Shown here: one piece after another, positions 45,492-54,687 of the stretch
Layout of the letters: each line of letters begins with the position of its first letter
Numbering within the stretch: position 1 is the stretch's first letter
NCBI GenBank assembly: GCA_965223415.1
Contig: OZ245002.1
Span: 64,001-128,000 of the forward strand
DNA length: 64,000 nucleotides
From: Myxococcota bacterium
Lineage (GTDB): Bacteria > Myxococcota_A > UBA9160 > UBA6930
Reading direction: 5' to 3'
Notes under the pieces: generated by a model
Database searches by the model: none
The model's input: only the letters and a program-made list of their open reading frames with translations
What the model was told of the DNA's origin: nothing
Translations under genes and position numbers: made by a program

Positions 45492-47296
45492 GCCGCTCCC
45501 CGCCAGCGCACCGCGAGGACCGTGAGGGCGGCGTGGACCGCGACGCCGACGCCGACGATCAGCGGAAGCACCACGGCCGGCCACGTGCCGAGGGCCAGGG
45601 GCGCCGGGGGAACGCCTGCGGGCACGTAAGCCACCGCGAGGACGAGGGCTCCCCACGCGACGCTCAGCAGGCCCAGCACGGGGCGACCGCCGAGCAGTGC
45701 GGCGGCACCGGGCACCAACACCTGGAAGACGCTCTCGGCGCGGCTGCGAAGCGCCTCTCGCCGCCGCAGGGCTCCCAGCCGGCGAAGGCGATCGTTGGTG
45801 TCTCCGCCGCGGCCCTCCGCGAGGCCCGCGATGCGTGGGCCCCGGTCGGCCCCTCGCAGGGTGCGGCCCAGCACGGCGCCCAGGAGCGAGCCCACCAGGA
45901 GGGCCCCCAGCAGGGCCCCGGCGGCCGGGACGGGGCTTCGGCCCAGCACGCCCGGCGCCGAGCGGCGGCGGAGCCCCTCGGCGATGGCGGAGGCCGAGGG
46001 CACGCCGGCCGGCGCTGGCCCGGAGGCCAGGGTGGCGGCGACGGGGCGCAGGGGCCGGTCGACCAGCTGGCCCGCGTCGAAGCTGGCGACGAGGGCGTGG
46101 GTGCGGTCCTGGTCGATCGTCTGGGCCCTCGCCAGGGCGGCGTTCTGGTGCTCGATCCGGACCAGACCGCCGTAGACCTGGGACAGGTTGAAGAGGATCA
46201 CCGGATCGTCGCTCCCGCCGGCGGCGAGCTCGAGGGCCGTGACGGCGGCTTCCGGCTCGCCGAGGGCGAGCTTCACGCTGGCCGCGTTGCTGAGCGCCTC
46301 GGGCCCTGCACCCTCTGCCCAGCGCGAGAAGAGCGCGTCCGCATCGTCGAAGGCGCCCGCGCGCCGAGCCGCGAGGCCCCGCGCCCGGGCCGCCAGCGGA
46401 TCCCGTTCGGAGAGTCGCGCGACCCGGGCGTGCTCGACCGGGGACGCCACGCCGCGCTCGACGAGCTGGGCCGCCAGCGGCGTGGACGCCCGGAGCAGCC
46501 CGGTCCGCGCGCCGGCGGCGAGGTCCGGGAACGGATGGATCGCGAGCAGGGTGAGGGCGCCGGCGCCGGCCAGGGCGAGGCGACCGGCCGTGCTCATGCG
46601 GAGGGCCGCCAGGGCCATGGCCGAGCAGCAGACCCCGAAGAGCCCTTCGCCCAGGGCGGCGGGCAGCAGAAGCAAGGCGCCGAGCGCGGCCAGGCGCCCG
46701 GCCGCCGGCTGGTCGGGCGCCAGGACGCCGAGCTGCCGGATCAGGGCCGGCAGCGACACCGCCGCAGCGAGCAGCAGGAAGCCGGCGCCGGCCCACAGGA
46801 GGGCGAACGCGGCCGCCTGCCAGGCGGCCAGGCGCAACCAGCTGCGGGACTCCACGTGGTGACCGACCGCCGCCGTGGCGGCCAGGAGCTCCCGCCAGGC
46901 GGTCGCCGGCTCGCCCTGGGACCAGGCAGCCCGAGCGAATGCGGCCCGCGCGGCGGGCAGGTCCGGTGCCAGCCCACGGGCTCCCCGAGCCCGTTCGTAC
47001 GCCGTGCCGGTGTCGTCGATCAGGAGTGCCTGGGCGGGAGCCTCGAGGTTCGCTAGGCCGAGGGCGGCACCGGCCCTCCGAAGCCGGGTGACGCGCTCGT
47101 CCAGCTCGTCGGCGGGAATCGCCCACGCCGCGCTCAGAGCCCGGAGAATGGGCTGGCTGCTCCCCGCGGGGTAGGCCTGCTCCGCGGGCACGACGACCGC
47201 GTCGACGGCGTCGCTGGACGCCGCCCCGGGGACGGCCAGCATCCCGAGCCAACAGCAGACGGCGACTACGCCGCGCATCCGAACCAAAGGTGGCAC
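45488..47296 (-). CDS. Ala-rich membrane protein with TPR-like repeats (start 47296 or 47278)
   Basis: Signal-like N-terminus, several TM segments, TPR-like ALSNAASVKLALGEPEAAV and ILFNLSQVY; ATGA-coupled to the DUF4388 gene. Confidence 0.65.
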   Translation of the reverse strand: MPPLVRMRGVVAVCCWLGMLAVPGAASSDAVDAVVVPAEQAYPAGSSQPILRALSAAWAIPADELDERVTRLRRAGAALGLANLEAPAQALLIDDTGTAYERARGARGLAPDLPAARAAFARAAWSQGEPATAWRELLAATAAVGHHVESRSWLRLAAWQAAAFALLWAGAGFLLLAAAVSLPALIRQLGVLAPDQPAAGRLAALGALLLLPAALGEGLFGVCCSAMALAALRMSTAGRLALAGAGALTLLAIHPFPDLAAGARTGLLRASTPLAAQLVERGVASPVEHARVARLSERDPLAARARGLAARRAGAFDDADALFSRWAEGAGPEALSNAASVKLALGEPEAAVTALELAAGGSDDPVILFNLSQVYGGLVRIEHQNAALARAQTIDQDRTHALVASFDAGQLVDRPLRPVAATLASGPAPAGVPSASAIAEGLRRRSAPGVLGRSPVPAAGALLGALLVGSLLGAVLGRTLRGADRGPRIAGLAEGRGGDTNDRLRRLGALRRREALRSRAESVFQVLVPGAAALLGGRPVLGLLSVAWGALVLAVAYVPAGVPPAPLALGTWPAVVLPLIVGVGVAVHAALTVLAVRWRGAA

Positions 47297-47316
47297 CTCG
47301 GCGGGTTCGCCCCGGC

Positions 47317-47344
47317 GTATCGGCCGGCCGGCGGGCGACCCTTA
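47317..47344 (-). promoter_or_regulatory. Sigma-28 (FliA/WhiG)-like promoter candidate
   Basis: TAAGG-N15-GCCGATAC upstream of the TPR/DUF4388 pair. Confidence 0.45.
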
Positions 47345-47431
47345 CGCCCTCAGGGCCCTCGCCGGGGCGCCGCCGAGTGGGCGCCCCGGGGGCGATTCGT
47401 CTATGATCCGCCGCCTTCCAGGGAGTGAGCG

Positions 47432-47695
47432 TTGGCGAATCACAAGTCGGCAGAGAAGCGCGCCCGTCAGGCCTTGAAGCGGCGGGACCGCAATCGAGCG
47501 GTTCGCAGCGAGGTCCGCACCAGCGTGAAGGCCGTGCGCCAGGCCGTCGAGGCGGGGGATGCGTCGAACGCCCAGGCCCGCCTTCGCGTGGCGGAGCGCA
47601 CGCTCCGCAAGGCCGCGAGCAAGGGCGTGGTGAAGCGCGAGACCGCCAGCCGCAGCGTGTCGCGGCTGGCCAAGGCGGTGTCCGCCCTCTCCTAG
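47432..47695 (+). CDS. rpsT: 30S ribosomal protein S20
   Basis: ANHKSAEKRARQ, KAASKGVVKRETASRSVSRL; TTG start, SD GGGAG, -10 TATGAT at 47402-47407. Confidence 0.97.
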   Translation: MANHKSAEKRARQALKRRDRNRAVRSEVRTSVKAVRQAVEAGDASNAQARLRVAERTLRKAASKGVVKRETASRSVSRLAKAVSALS

Positions 47696-47710
47696 GCGGC
47701 GTCCCTCTTG

Positions 47711-48727
47711 CTAGGCCGACAGGCCCAGCACCAATCGCTGCATCGCGAGGCCGGCGTCGAGCCCGCCCTGCCCCTTCAGGATCTCGTCCACGTCGTGGAT
47801 GGCCGCGAGGCAGGCGCGCAGCCGCGGCGCCGTGTAGCGGGACGCCTGTCGCTGGATCTTCTTCACGGCGAAGGGGTGACCGCGGAGCTCCTCACCGGCC
47901 CGCGCCCGAACCAGCTTGCGGAAGTGCCCCGCCAGGGAGGCGAGCAGCACCGGCGGCGGCGCCCCGGCTCCCCCCAGGCGGTGGAGCACCGCCAGGGCGT
48001 CCGCCGTGCGGCCTTCGCCGATGGCGTCGGTGAGATCCCAGATCGGATCCTCCGCCCCGCCGCTGGCGGTGCCGAGCACGTGGGCGCGGGTCACGGCCTC
48101 GCCGGGCCCCGCGTAGAGCGCTGCCTTCTCGATCTCGTGGCGGAGCAGGAGGAGCTGGGGCCCGGTCGCCTCCGCCAGGGCCTGGGCCGCGTCGGCGGCG
48201 AGGGCCACGTCCTGGCCCTGGGCTTCTGCGCGGATCCACGCGACCAGGCCCTTCCCTGCCGCCGGCGGCTCGCAGTCGACGACCGCGGAGGGCTCCTGGA
48301 AGGCCTTCACCCAGCGGGAGCGCCGGTCCACCTGGGCGGCAGTCACCACGAGGACCACGTCGTCCCGCTCGGCCAGGCCCGGCACCAGCTCGGCCAGCGT
48401 GTCTCCGAGCCCCTTCCCACGCCGGCCTTCGGGCTCGCGGAGCCAGACCAGGCGTCGGGCCGCCATCACCGGGAGCGAGTCGACCGCGTCGATCAGATCC
48501 GCCGGCTTCGCCGATTCGCCGTCCAGCCGCTCGAAGTTGAAATCGCGGGCCGCCGCGTCCACCGCGGCGTCGCGAAGCGCCGCCAGGGCGTCGTCGCGCA
48601 GCAGCGCCTCGCTGCCCGCGAGCAGGTAGGCGGGCCGCAGGCGCCCTCCGGCGATCTCCTTGCGCAGCGCCGCCACGCCCAGCCCGCCGCCCGACGAGCG
48701 TCGCGAGGCGCGCGCCGGAGGGCTCAA
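47711..48727 (-). CDS. holA: DNA polymerase III subunit delta
   Basis: PAYLLAGSE, FNFERLDG, SLPVMAARRLV, EIEKAALY, IWDLTDAI; lptE-holA order, convergent with rpsT. Confidence 0.9.
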   Translation of the reverse strand: MSPPARASRRSSGGGLGVAALRKEIAGGRLRPAYLLAGSEALLRDDALAALRDAAVDAAARDFNFERLDGESAKPADLIDAVDSLPVMAARRLVWLREPEGRRGKGLGDTLAELVPGLAERDDVVLVVTAAQVDRRSRWVKAFQEPSAVVDCEPPAAGKGLVAWIRAEAQGQDVALAADAAQALAEATGPQLLLLRHEIEKAALYAGPGEAVTRAHVLGTASGGAEDPIWDLTDAIGEGRTADALAVLHRLGGAGAPPPVLLASLAGHFRKLVRARAGEELRGHPFAVKKIQRQASRYTAPRLRACLAAIHDVDEILKGQGGLDAGLAMQRLVLGLSA

Positions 48728-49254
48728 GGGCGGATGCGCTCGTAGAGGGCGTCGTGGAGACGCGTCGCAACCGTCCCGGCGAGGCGACGCAGGGCCTCCT
48801 CCCGGTTCGTCCGCGTCACCTCCAGATCGGCGCTCGACAGGTAGATCTCCGACTCGTTGAACGCCCGACCGTCGATCGGCACCGGCGTGCCGTCCTGGCG
48901 GGTCACCTCGAGCTCGAGCCGCAGGCGCAGCTCGTACTCGAGGGCGAACTGGATCGAGGAGAAGCTGCGGCTGCGCGTCTCCAGGCTGTCGATGGCGCCT
49001 CCGACGATCAAGTCCGCCGTCGCCGGGTCGTCCACGATGCGCAGCCCTCCGCGCCGCAGGAACTCCCGGTGCATCGCGTCCTCGAGCAGGGTGTCGATGC
49101 CTGGCTCGAAGGAGTCGTTCACGAGGGGCCGAAGCGCGATCCGACGCGCGTCGCCCACGGGCTCGGCGTAGCGGACGATCTCATAGCCGCACCCCGAAAG
49201 GAGGAGCGCGGCGGCGATCGCGAGCAGAAGGCCGGCGATGGAAGTGCCCCGCAT
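48724..49254 (-). CDS. lptE: LPS assembly lipoprotein LptE
   Basis: Lipobox LLSGC followed by GY; directly upstream of holA. Confidence 0.8.
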   Translation of the reverse strand: MRGTSIAGLLLAIAAALLLSGCGYEIVRYAEPVGDARRIALRPLVNDSFEPGIDTLLEDAMHREFLRRGGLRIVDDPATADLIVGGAIDSLETRSRSFSSIQFALEYELRLRLELEVTRQDGTPVPIDGRAFNESEIYLSSADLEVTRTNREEALRRLAGTVATRLHDALYERIRP

Positions 49255-49319
49255 CGCCGCGAGGTATAGCTGGAGCGGTGGGAATCCGCCGCCCGGAGGG
49301 CCTCCCGGCCCGCAAGGGC

Positions 49320-49700
49320 CTAGGACCCGAGCTTCAGCAGCCCCTTCGCGACCTGCAGGACCTGGTTCGCCTGGATCGGCTTGGTCAGGTACTCATCCGC
49401 GCCGAGCGCCAGCGCGCGCTCCCGGTCCTCGTCGGCGCCCTCGGTGGTGATGACCACGATCGGCATCGACTGGAGGCGCTGCTCCTGGCGGATGAGGCTG
49501 ATCAGCTTCAGGCCGTCCATCACAGGCATGTTGATGTCGACGAGCGCCAGGTCGTAGTCGTCGCTGGTCACCTTCCGCAGGCCATCCATCCCGTCCTGGG
49601 CCTCGGTGATGTCGGTGTTGCGCAGCCGCTTCAGCGCAAAGGTGAGCAGCTGTCGCATGGTCGGGCTGTCTTCGACGATCAAGATCCGATGGCGGTTCAT
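49320..49700 (-). CDS. cheY: Single-domain response regulator (CheY-like)
   Basis: ILIVEDS, phosphoacceptor LVDINMP, ITTE, YLTKP; SD GGAGG. Confidence 0.9.
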   Translation of the reverse strand: MNRHRILIVEDSPTMRQLLTFALKRLRNTDITEAQDGMDGLRKVTSDDYDLALVDINMPVMDGLKLISLIRQEQRLQSMPIVVITTEGADEDRERALALGADEYLTKPIQANQVLQVAKGLLKLGS

Positions 49701-49732
49701 GAGGTCCTCCCGCTCGGGCGCACCCGGGCGAG

Positions 49733-49833
49733 CTACTTCGTGAGCAGATCGATGGATCCCGGACGGGGCTTGTTTCGTGAGCAGGTCGATGAATCCCGGA
49801 CGGGGCCTATTTCGTGAGCAGGTCGATGAATCC
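49733..49833 (-). repeat. 37-bp-period tandem triplication of the last 9 codons of the GAF gene
   Basis: 27-nt units at 49807-49833, 49770-49796 and 49733-49759 separated by the identical 10-nt linker cggacggggc (plus strand). Confidence 0.92.
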
Positions 49834-50616
49834 CTGGATGGTGTTGAGCTTGCGCTCCGACTGGGCGAACAGCTGGGCCGCGAAGATGGCGGTGGCCGCG
49901 TGGCCCGCCAACAGGGTGAACAGCTCGTGGTCGAGGGGACTGAACTCGTCCTTCTGGGAGAGCAGCTTGAAGATCGCGATCGCCCCGATCGCGCGGTCCT
50001 CCACCCGCAGCGGGATCGAGACGAGCGGCGCGGCCCAGTCCACCGGCCCATCGCGATTCGCGCAGGCGGTCTCACCGTCGGCCACCGAGCTTCCGACCAC
50101 ACCCTGGCCGAGCGGCACCGCCGGCACCCGGGCGAGCTCGGCGCCCTCCGAGGCCACGGGCTCGAGGGAGCCGCTCTTCTCGTCGAGCACGTAGACCGCG
50201 AACACCTCGGCCCCGATCAGGTTGATCACGATCTCGATGATGATCTTGAAGACCTCGGAGAGGTCGAGGGTCGAGTGGAGCTGGTAGCTCGCGACGTAGA
50301 GGTTCGCGAGGGCGTTGTTCTCCTCCTCGATCTCGAGATAACGGTTGGCGAACTGGCGGTTCTCCTCTTCGAGGGCTTCGAGGCGGGCGATCGCGTCCTG
50401 GTTCTCGCTCTCGAGGCCCTCGATCCGCTCGAGGAGCTGCTCGCGCAGCTTCGACCACTCGCCGGTGTCCTGGGCGGCGTCCTGCTGGCGTGACTCCACG
50501 TTGACCAGGCGCTCGCGCAGCCGCTTGTTCTGGTCGACCAGCTCCCGTGTGAACTCCGCACCGCGGCGGAACAGGTTCAAGACCTCGTCGGCGCGCTCGA
50601 AGACGTCGTTGCTCAC
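49807..50616 (-). CDS. Coiled-coil plus GAF domain protein
   Basis: Heptad-rich N-terminal half; LHSTLDL, VPLGQGVVG, SIPLRVEDRAIGAI, LLAGHAATAI. Confidence 0.85.
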   Translation of the reverse strand: MSNDVFERADEVLNLFRRGAEFTRELVDQNKRLRERLVNVESRQQDAAQDTGEWSKLREQLLERIEGLESENQDAIARLEALEEENRQFANRYLEIEEENNALANLYVASYQLHSTLDLSEVFKIIIEIVINLIGAEVFAVYVLDEKSGSLEPVASEGAELARVPAVPLGQGVVGSSVADGETACANRDGPVDWAAPLVSIPLRVEDRAIGAIAIFKLLSQKDEFSPLDHELFTLLAGHAATAIFAAQLFAQSERKLNTIQGFIDLLTK

Positions 50617-50626
50617 GGCCGTCTCC

Positions 50627-51688
50627 TCACGGCTGGATCCCGCCGAGCTGGATCAAGGCCGGGATCTCCCCGAGCGGCGCCACCGTGTCGGCCGCGCCGG
50701 CCCGGATCACCTGCTTCGGCATGCCGAAGATCACCGCGGTCTCCTCCGACTCCGCGATCACCTGGCCGCCGGCCTCTCGGATGGCCAGGGCGCCGCGGCG
50801 CCCGTCGTCGCCCATGCCGGTCAGGACCACGCCGAGCACGTCCGCGCCGAAGTGTTTGGCGGCGGAGACGAACATGCGATCGACGGCAGGCGCGTACTTG
50901 TCGCTCGGCTGAGCGGGCGAGATCAACGCGTGGGGGATCCCGCCGCGACTCTCGAACTCCAGGTGACATCCGCCGGGAGCGATCAGCACCGTGCCTTCCT
51001 CCACCGTGCAGCCCGTCTCCGCCTCCCGGGCACGAAGCGCGGTGAGGCGGTCGAGGCGGGACGCGAAGCTCTGGGTAAAGCCCTTCGGCATGTGCTGGGA
51101 AACGATGAAGCCAAACGGGGGCGGCTCGGTGAAGGCGCCGAAGAGCTGGGTCAGCGCCGCCGGGCCTCCGGTGGACGAGCCGATCGCTACCACCCCCGGG
51201 GCCCCTTCGGGGCGGGGGGTCGGCGGCTGCTGGGGAAGGGGCGGCACCGCGGCCGCCGCGATGCGCTCCCGGACCTTGTCGATGCGCAGCTGGCGGATCG
51301 CGTGGACCTTGCGAATCAGCTCCCGCTCGATCCCCTGGAGCTCCGGCCCTGCCCGCAGGCTGGGCTTGGCCACGAAGTCGACGGCGCCGAGGTCCAGGGC
51401 CCGGAACACGTCCTGATCCCCGGAACGACCGCTGACCACCATGACCGGAGTGGGCTTCTTCGCCATCAGGATGCGCAGGAAGGTGAAGCCGTCCATGCGC
51501 GGCATCTCGAGGTCGAGGGTGATGAGGTCGACGTCGCTCTCGAGGGCGGTGCGCAGCGCCTCTTCGCCGTCCCGGGCCCAGGCGACCACCTCGATCAGCG
51601 GCGACCCGTCGAGCATCCGCACCAGGGTCCGGCGGGTGAAGGCGGAGTCGTCGATGACGAGCACCCGAATGCGATCGGCGGGCTTCAC
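50627..51688 (-). CDS. cheB: Chemotaxis methylesterase CheB with receiver domain
   Basis: VLVIDDS, TLDLEMP; catalytic GSSTGG, QHM, LTGMGDDG, FGMP. Confidence 0.95.
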   Translation of the reverse strand: MKPADRIRVLVIDDSAFTRRTLVRMLDGSPLIEVVAWARDGEEALRTALESDVDLITLDLEMPRMDGFTFLRILMAKKPTPVMVVSGRSGDQDVFRALDLGAVDFVAKPSLRAGPELQGIERELIRKVHAIRQLRIDKVRERIAAAAVPPLPQQPPTPRPEGAPGVVAIGSSTGGPAALTQLFGAFTEPPPFGFIVSQHMPKGFTQSFASRLDRLTALRAREAETGCTVEEGTVLIAPGGCHLEFESRGGIPHALISPAQPSDKYAPAVDRMFVSAAKHFGADVLGVVLTGMGDDGRRGALAIREAGGQVIAESEETAVIFGMPKQVIRAGAADTVAPLGEIPALIQLGGIQP

Positions 51689-52611
51689 CGGGACGCGCCC
51701 TCCGGGTCGACGGGAGATGCGGCGGCGCGGGCGGCCGCGTGCCAGGGATCGAGCACCTCCTCGCCGGGGAGGGGGCGGCGATAGACCATCTCGCTCTTCA
51801 GGTGGGAGAGGTTGAAGGCGCTCGACACGTTGATCAGCGATTCCGCGTGACCGAGCAACAGGTAGCCGCCGGGCTGGAGCTTGTCGTGAAAGCACCCGAT
51901 GACCTCGCGCTTGGTCTCGAGGTCGAAGTAGATGATCACGTTGCGGCAGAGGATCGCGTCCATCGTCCCGAGCAGCCCCACGCGGGAGGGATCCAGCAGG
52001 TTGACGCGGGTGAAGACCACGTGGCGCTTGATCTCGTCGGAGATCTTCCAGAGATTGTCCTGCTCGGTGAAGTACTTCTTGCGCAGGGGATCCGGGGTCT
52101 CGCGGAACGAGGCCGCGCGGTAGATGCCGTGGCGGGCCTTCTGGAGGACCGCGCCGGAGATGTCGGAGGCGTAGACCCGGAAGTCCCGCCCGGGCTCCAG
52201 ACCGGCCTCCTTGGCGAGCATGACGATCGAGTAGGGCTCCTCTCCACTCGAGCACCCCGCCGACCAGATGCTGAGGGCCCGGCCGCCCCGCCTCCGCCGA
52301 CGCTCGAGGCACTCGGGGATGATCTCGTGGACGAGCGCATCGAGCTGCCCTCGCTCGCGGAAGAAGTACGTCTCGTTGGTGGTAAGCAGGTCGATGGCGC
52401 GACCCATCTCTTCTTCGCCGTGGCCCGCCCTGCGCAGCAGGAAGTGGTAGGCGGAGAAGCTGCCGAGATCGAGCTCCGCGATCCGACGGGCGAGGCGCTT
52501 CTCGAGGAGGAAGCGCGAATCGTCGCCGAAGTGCAAGCCGCAGTGCTTCCGGAAGAGGTCCCGGAACATGCGGAACTGGGCGTCGGTCAGCTGGGGTTCG
52601 CGCGGGTCCAC
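51685..52611 (-). CDS. cheR: Chemotaxis methyltransferase CheR
   Basis: TTNETYFFRE, IWSAGCSSGEEPYS, CRNVIIYF, LGHAESL. Confidence 0.96.
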   Translation of the reverse strand: MDPREPQLTDAQFRMFRDLFRKHCGLHFGDDSRFLLEKRLARRIAELDLGSFSAYHFLLRRAGHGEEEMGRAIDLLTTNETYFFRERGQLDALVHEIIPECLERRRRRGGRALSIWSAGCSSGEEPYSIVMLAKEAGLEPGRDFRVYASDISGAVLQKARHGIYRAASFRETPDPLRKKYFTEQDNLWKISDEIKRHVVFTRVNLLDPSRVGLLGTMDAILCRNVIIYFDLETKREVIGCFHDKLQPGGYLLLGHAESLINVSSAFNLSHLKSEMVYRRPLPGEEVLDPWHAAARAAASPVDPEGASR

Positions 52612-52614
52612 GAG

Positions 52615-54687
52615 CTACTCGAGCCGGTCCAGTGCGGTGAGGATCGAGTCGCGAACGAACTCGTCGGTCTCGGACTCCAGGCGGCGGAGAATGGCCGGAA
52701 CCGCGGTGCCGTAGCGCCGCTCGGCCAGCACGTCCACGGCCTGGGCCCGGACGCTCCAGTGGGCGTGACCGAGGCAAGGCAAGAGCTGGTCCAGGGCTTC
52801 CGCCTCGGCGTGGCGACCGACGCAGGCCACCGCGGCCTCCGCTAGCTCGGGATCGTCGGCCCCGAGCAGCGACGCGGCGAGGCTCGCGGCCCGGCGGCCC
52901 CCAATACCGTCGAGCGCCTCGAGACCCGCCATCGCCGGCGTGCCGCCCCGGGGCAGCGCCCCGGCGACCAGCTCCAGGACCCGCTCGCGAGAGCCCTCGT
53001 CCCCGTGCTCCGCGCACCAGCGGGCCAGGGCTGCGAGCGCGGCCGCCCGGGCGCGCTCGTCCGGGTCGTCGGTGAGATGGGCCAGGTCGGAGACCACCGA
53101 CGGATCCGGCGACGCGGCCAGGGCCCGGGCGGCACCGATGCGCACGGAGAGGTCTTCGTCGGCCAGGGCCATGCGCAGGGTCTCGAGAGGCGGCTCGTCC
53201 GTCACCGCAGCCGTGCCCTCTACCGCGGCGCGGCGGACGGCCGGCGACGGGTCCCGGGCCAGGCGGGTCAGGAGCTCCAACTCGCCGCGCCCGCCGATCG
53301 CCGAAACGACCCGGGTCGCGACCACCCGCAGAGCCTCGAGCTCGTCGGCCAGCACCGCGACCAGGGCGTCGATCACGGGGCTTGGGTGCTCGGCGCCGAT
53401 CGCCTCCAGGGCGGACGCGGAGGCGTCGACCTCGTCACTGCGCCACTCGCCCCCCTCCCGAGCTGCAGCCGAGAGCAGGCTGACCAGCGCCGCGACCGGC
53501 TCCAGGGTGCCGTGCTCGCCGAGCGCCTGGGCGGCGCTCGCTCGCACCTCGTGGTCCGGGTCGGCCAGGGCGCGCAGGAGCAGCCCGCGGCCCTCGGCGA
53601 CCGGCGTCTCGCCCAGCATGCGGCACGCCATGCGGCGCTCGACCGGCGAGAGGTCGTCGAAGACCGCGTCCACTGGCTGCACGGCGGCGGCGCCCACCTG
53701 GCCCAGGGCGGCGAACACCACTTCGGTCAGCGCCTCGTCGCAGGCGGCACCGAGCAGGGGAACCACCGCCTCGGCGTGGCCCAGCAGCCCGAGCAGCTGC
53801 ACGGCGGCGAGCCGCACCGGAAGGTCCCCTTCGCGAAGTCGCTCGACGGCGAAGGCGAAGGGCGCGCTCTCGGGCCCGATCGCCTGGCTCACCTCGCCGG
53901 CGATCGCCTCGCCGTCCACCCCTGGCCGCGCGCAGATCCGCACGAGGCCCTGGAGCGCGGCCTCGCGGGCCGACCGTCCTCCGATCTCCAGACCCTTCAG
54001 CAGGGCGCGGGAGGAAGCGACGTCGTCGTTGTGGCTGAGCACCGCGTAGGCGGCCGCGCGAAGTAGCGCGTCGTCCAGGATCGCGCCGAGAGCGTCGAGG
54101 GGCGCACCGACCTGGAGACGGTCCAGGGCGCGCAGGGCCGACAGCCGAACGAGCACCTCCGGATCGTCGGTGAGGAGGCCGAGCAGCGCGTCGCAGCAGC
54201 GGTCGTCGCCGACGCAGCCCAGCGCCTCGGCGCCGGCGCCGCGAACGTTGGGATCGGGATCGGCGATCACCTCCATGAGTCGGGGTACGGCGGCCGGGTC
54301 GCCGATGCCCGCCAGAGCGTCCACCGCCTGCTTGCGCACGTCCGCGTCGGGATCCCCCGACGCCTCGAACAGGACCGGCAGCGCCGAGGATCCGCAGCGG
54401 GTCAGGGTCTCGAGCGCGGCGTTGCGGCGCCCGGAGTTCTCGCCGTCGGCCAGGGCCCCGACCAGGGCCGGGAGCGCTCCGGAGGTCTCCGGGGCGGCGG
54501 AGAGCCTCTCGATGGCCGCCTTGCGCACCCGCCAGCTCGGATCGGCCAGCTGCTCGATGAGAGCCGGGATCGCCTCGCTCGCCGGGAGCGTGGTGAGGCG
54601 TTCCACGGCGAGACGGCGCACCTCCTCGTCGGAGTGCGACAGTTCGGCCAGCAGCTGATCGGGTCGTTCTCGGTCCACGTGGCTCAC
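52615..54687 (-). CDS. HEAT/PBS-lyase repeat protein
   Basis: Many L.D....VR..A..AL repeats (DEEVRRLAV, SWRVRKAAI, DADVRKQAV, DPNVRGAGA, DHEVRASAA). Confidence 0.9.
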   Translation of the reverse strand: MSHVDRERPDQLLAELSHSDEEVRRLAVERLTTLPASEAIPALIEQLADPSWRVRKAAIERLSAAPETSGALPALVGALADGENSGRRNAALETLTRCGSSALPVLFEASGDPDADVRKQAVDALAGIGDPAAVPRLMEVIADPDPNVRGAGAEALGCVGDDRCCDALLGLLTDDPEVLVRLSALRALDRLQVGAPLDALGAILDDALLRAAAYAVLSHNDDVASSRALLKGLEIGGRSAREAALQGLVRICARPGVDGEAIAGEVSQAIGPESAPFAFAVERLREGDLPVRLAAVQLLGLLGHAEAVVPLLGAACDEALTEVVFAALGQVGAAAVQPVDAVFDDLSPVERRMACRMLGETPVAEGRGLLLRALADPDHEVRASAAQALGEHGTLEPVAALVSLLSAAAREGGEWRSDEVDASASALEAIGAEHPSPVIDALVAVLADELEALRVVATRVVSAIGGRGELELLTRLARDPSPAVRRAAVEGTAAVTDEPPLETLRMALADEDLSVRIGAARALAASPDPSVVSDLAHLTDDPDERARAAALAALARWCAEHGDEGSRERVLELVAGALPRGGTPAMAGLEALDGIGGRRAASLAASLLGADDPELAEAAVACVGRHAEAEALDQLLPCLGHAHWSVRAQAVDVLAERRYGTAVPAILRRLESETDEFVRDSILTALDRLE

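Noticed and set aside
47362..47389. 10-bp GC-rich inverted repeat between the TPR gene and rpsT
   Set aside because: All-GC stems arise easily at this composition; it has no U-tract and lies between divergent genes, so it is not called a terminator.
49733..49833. Possible mini CRISPR array
   Set aside because: The intervening sequences are identical and only 10 nt, the unit is a gene end, and no cas genes are present; kept as a tandem repeat.
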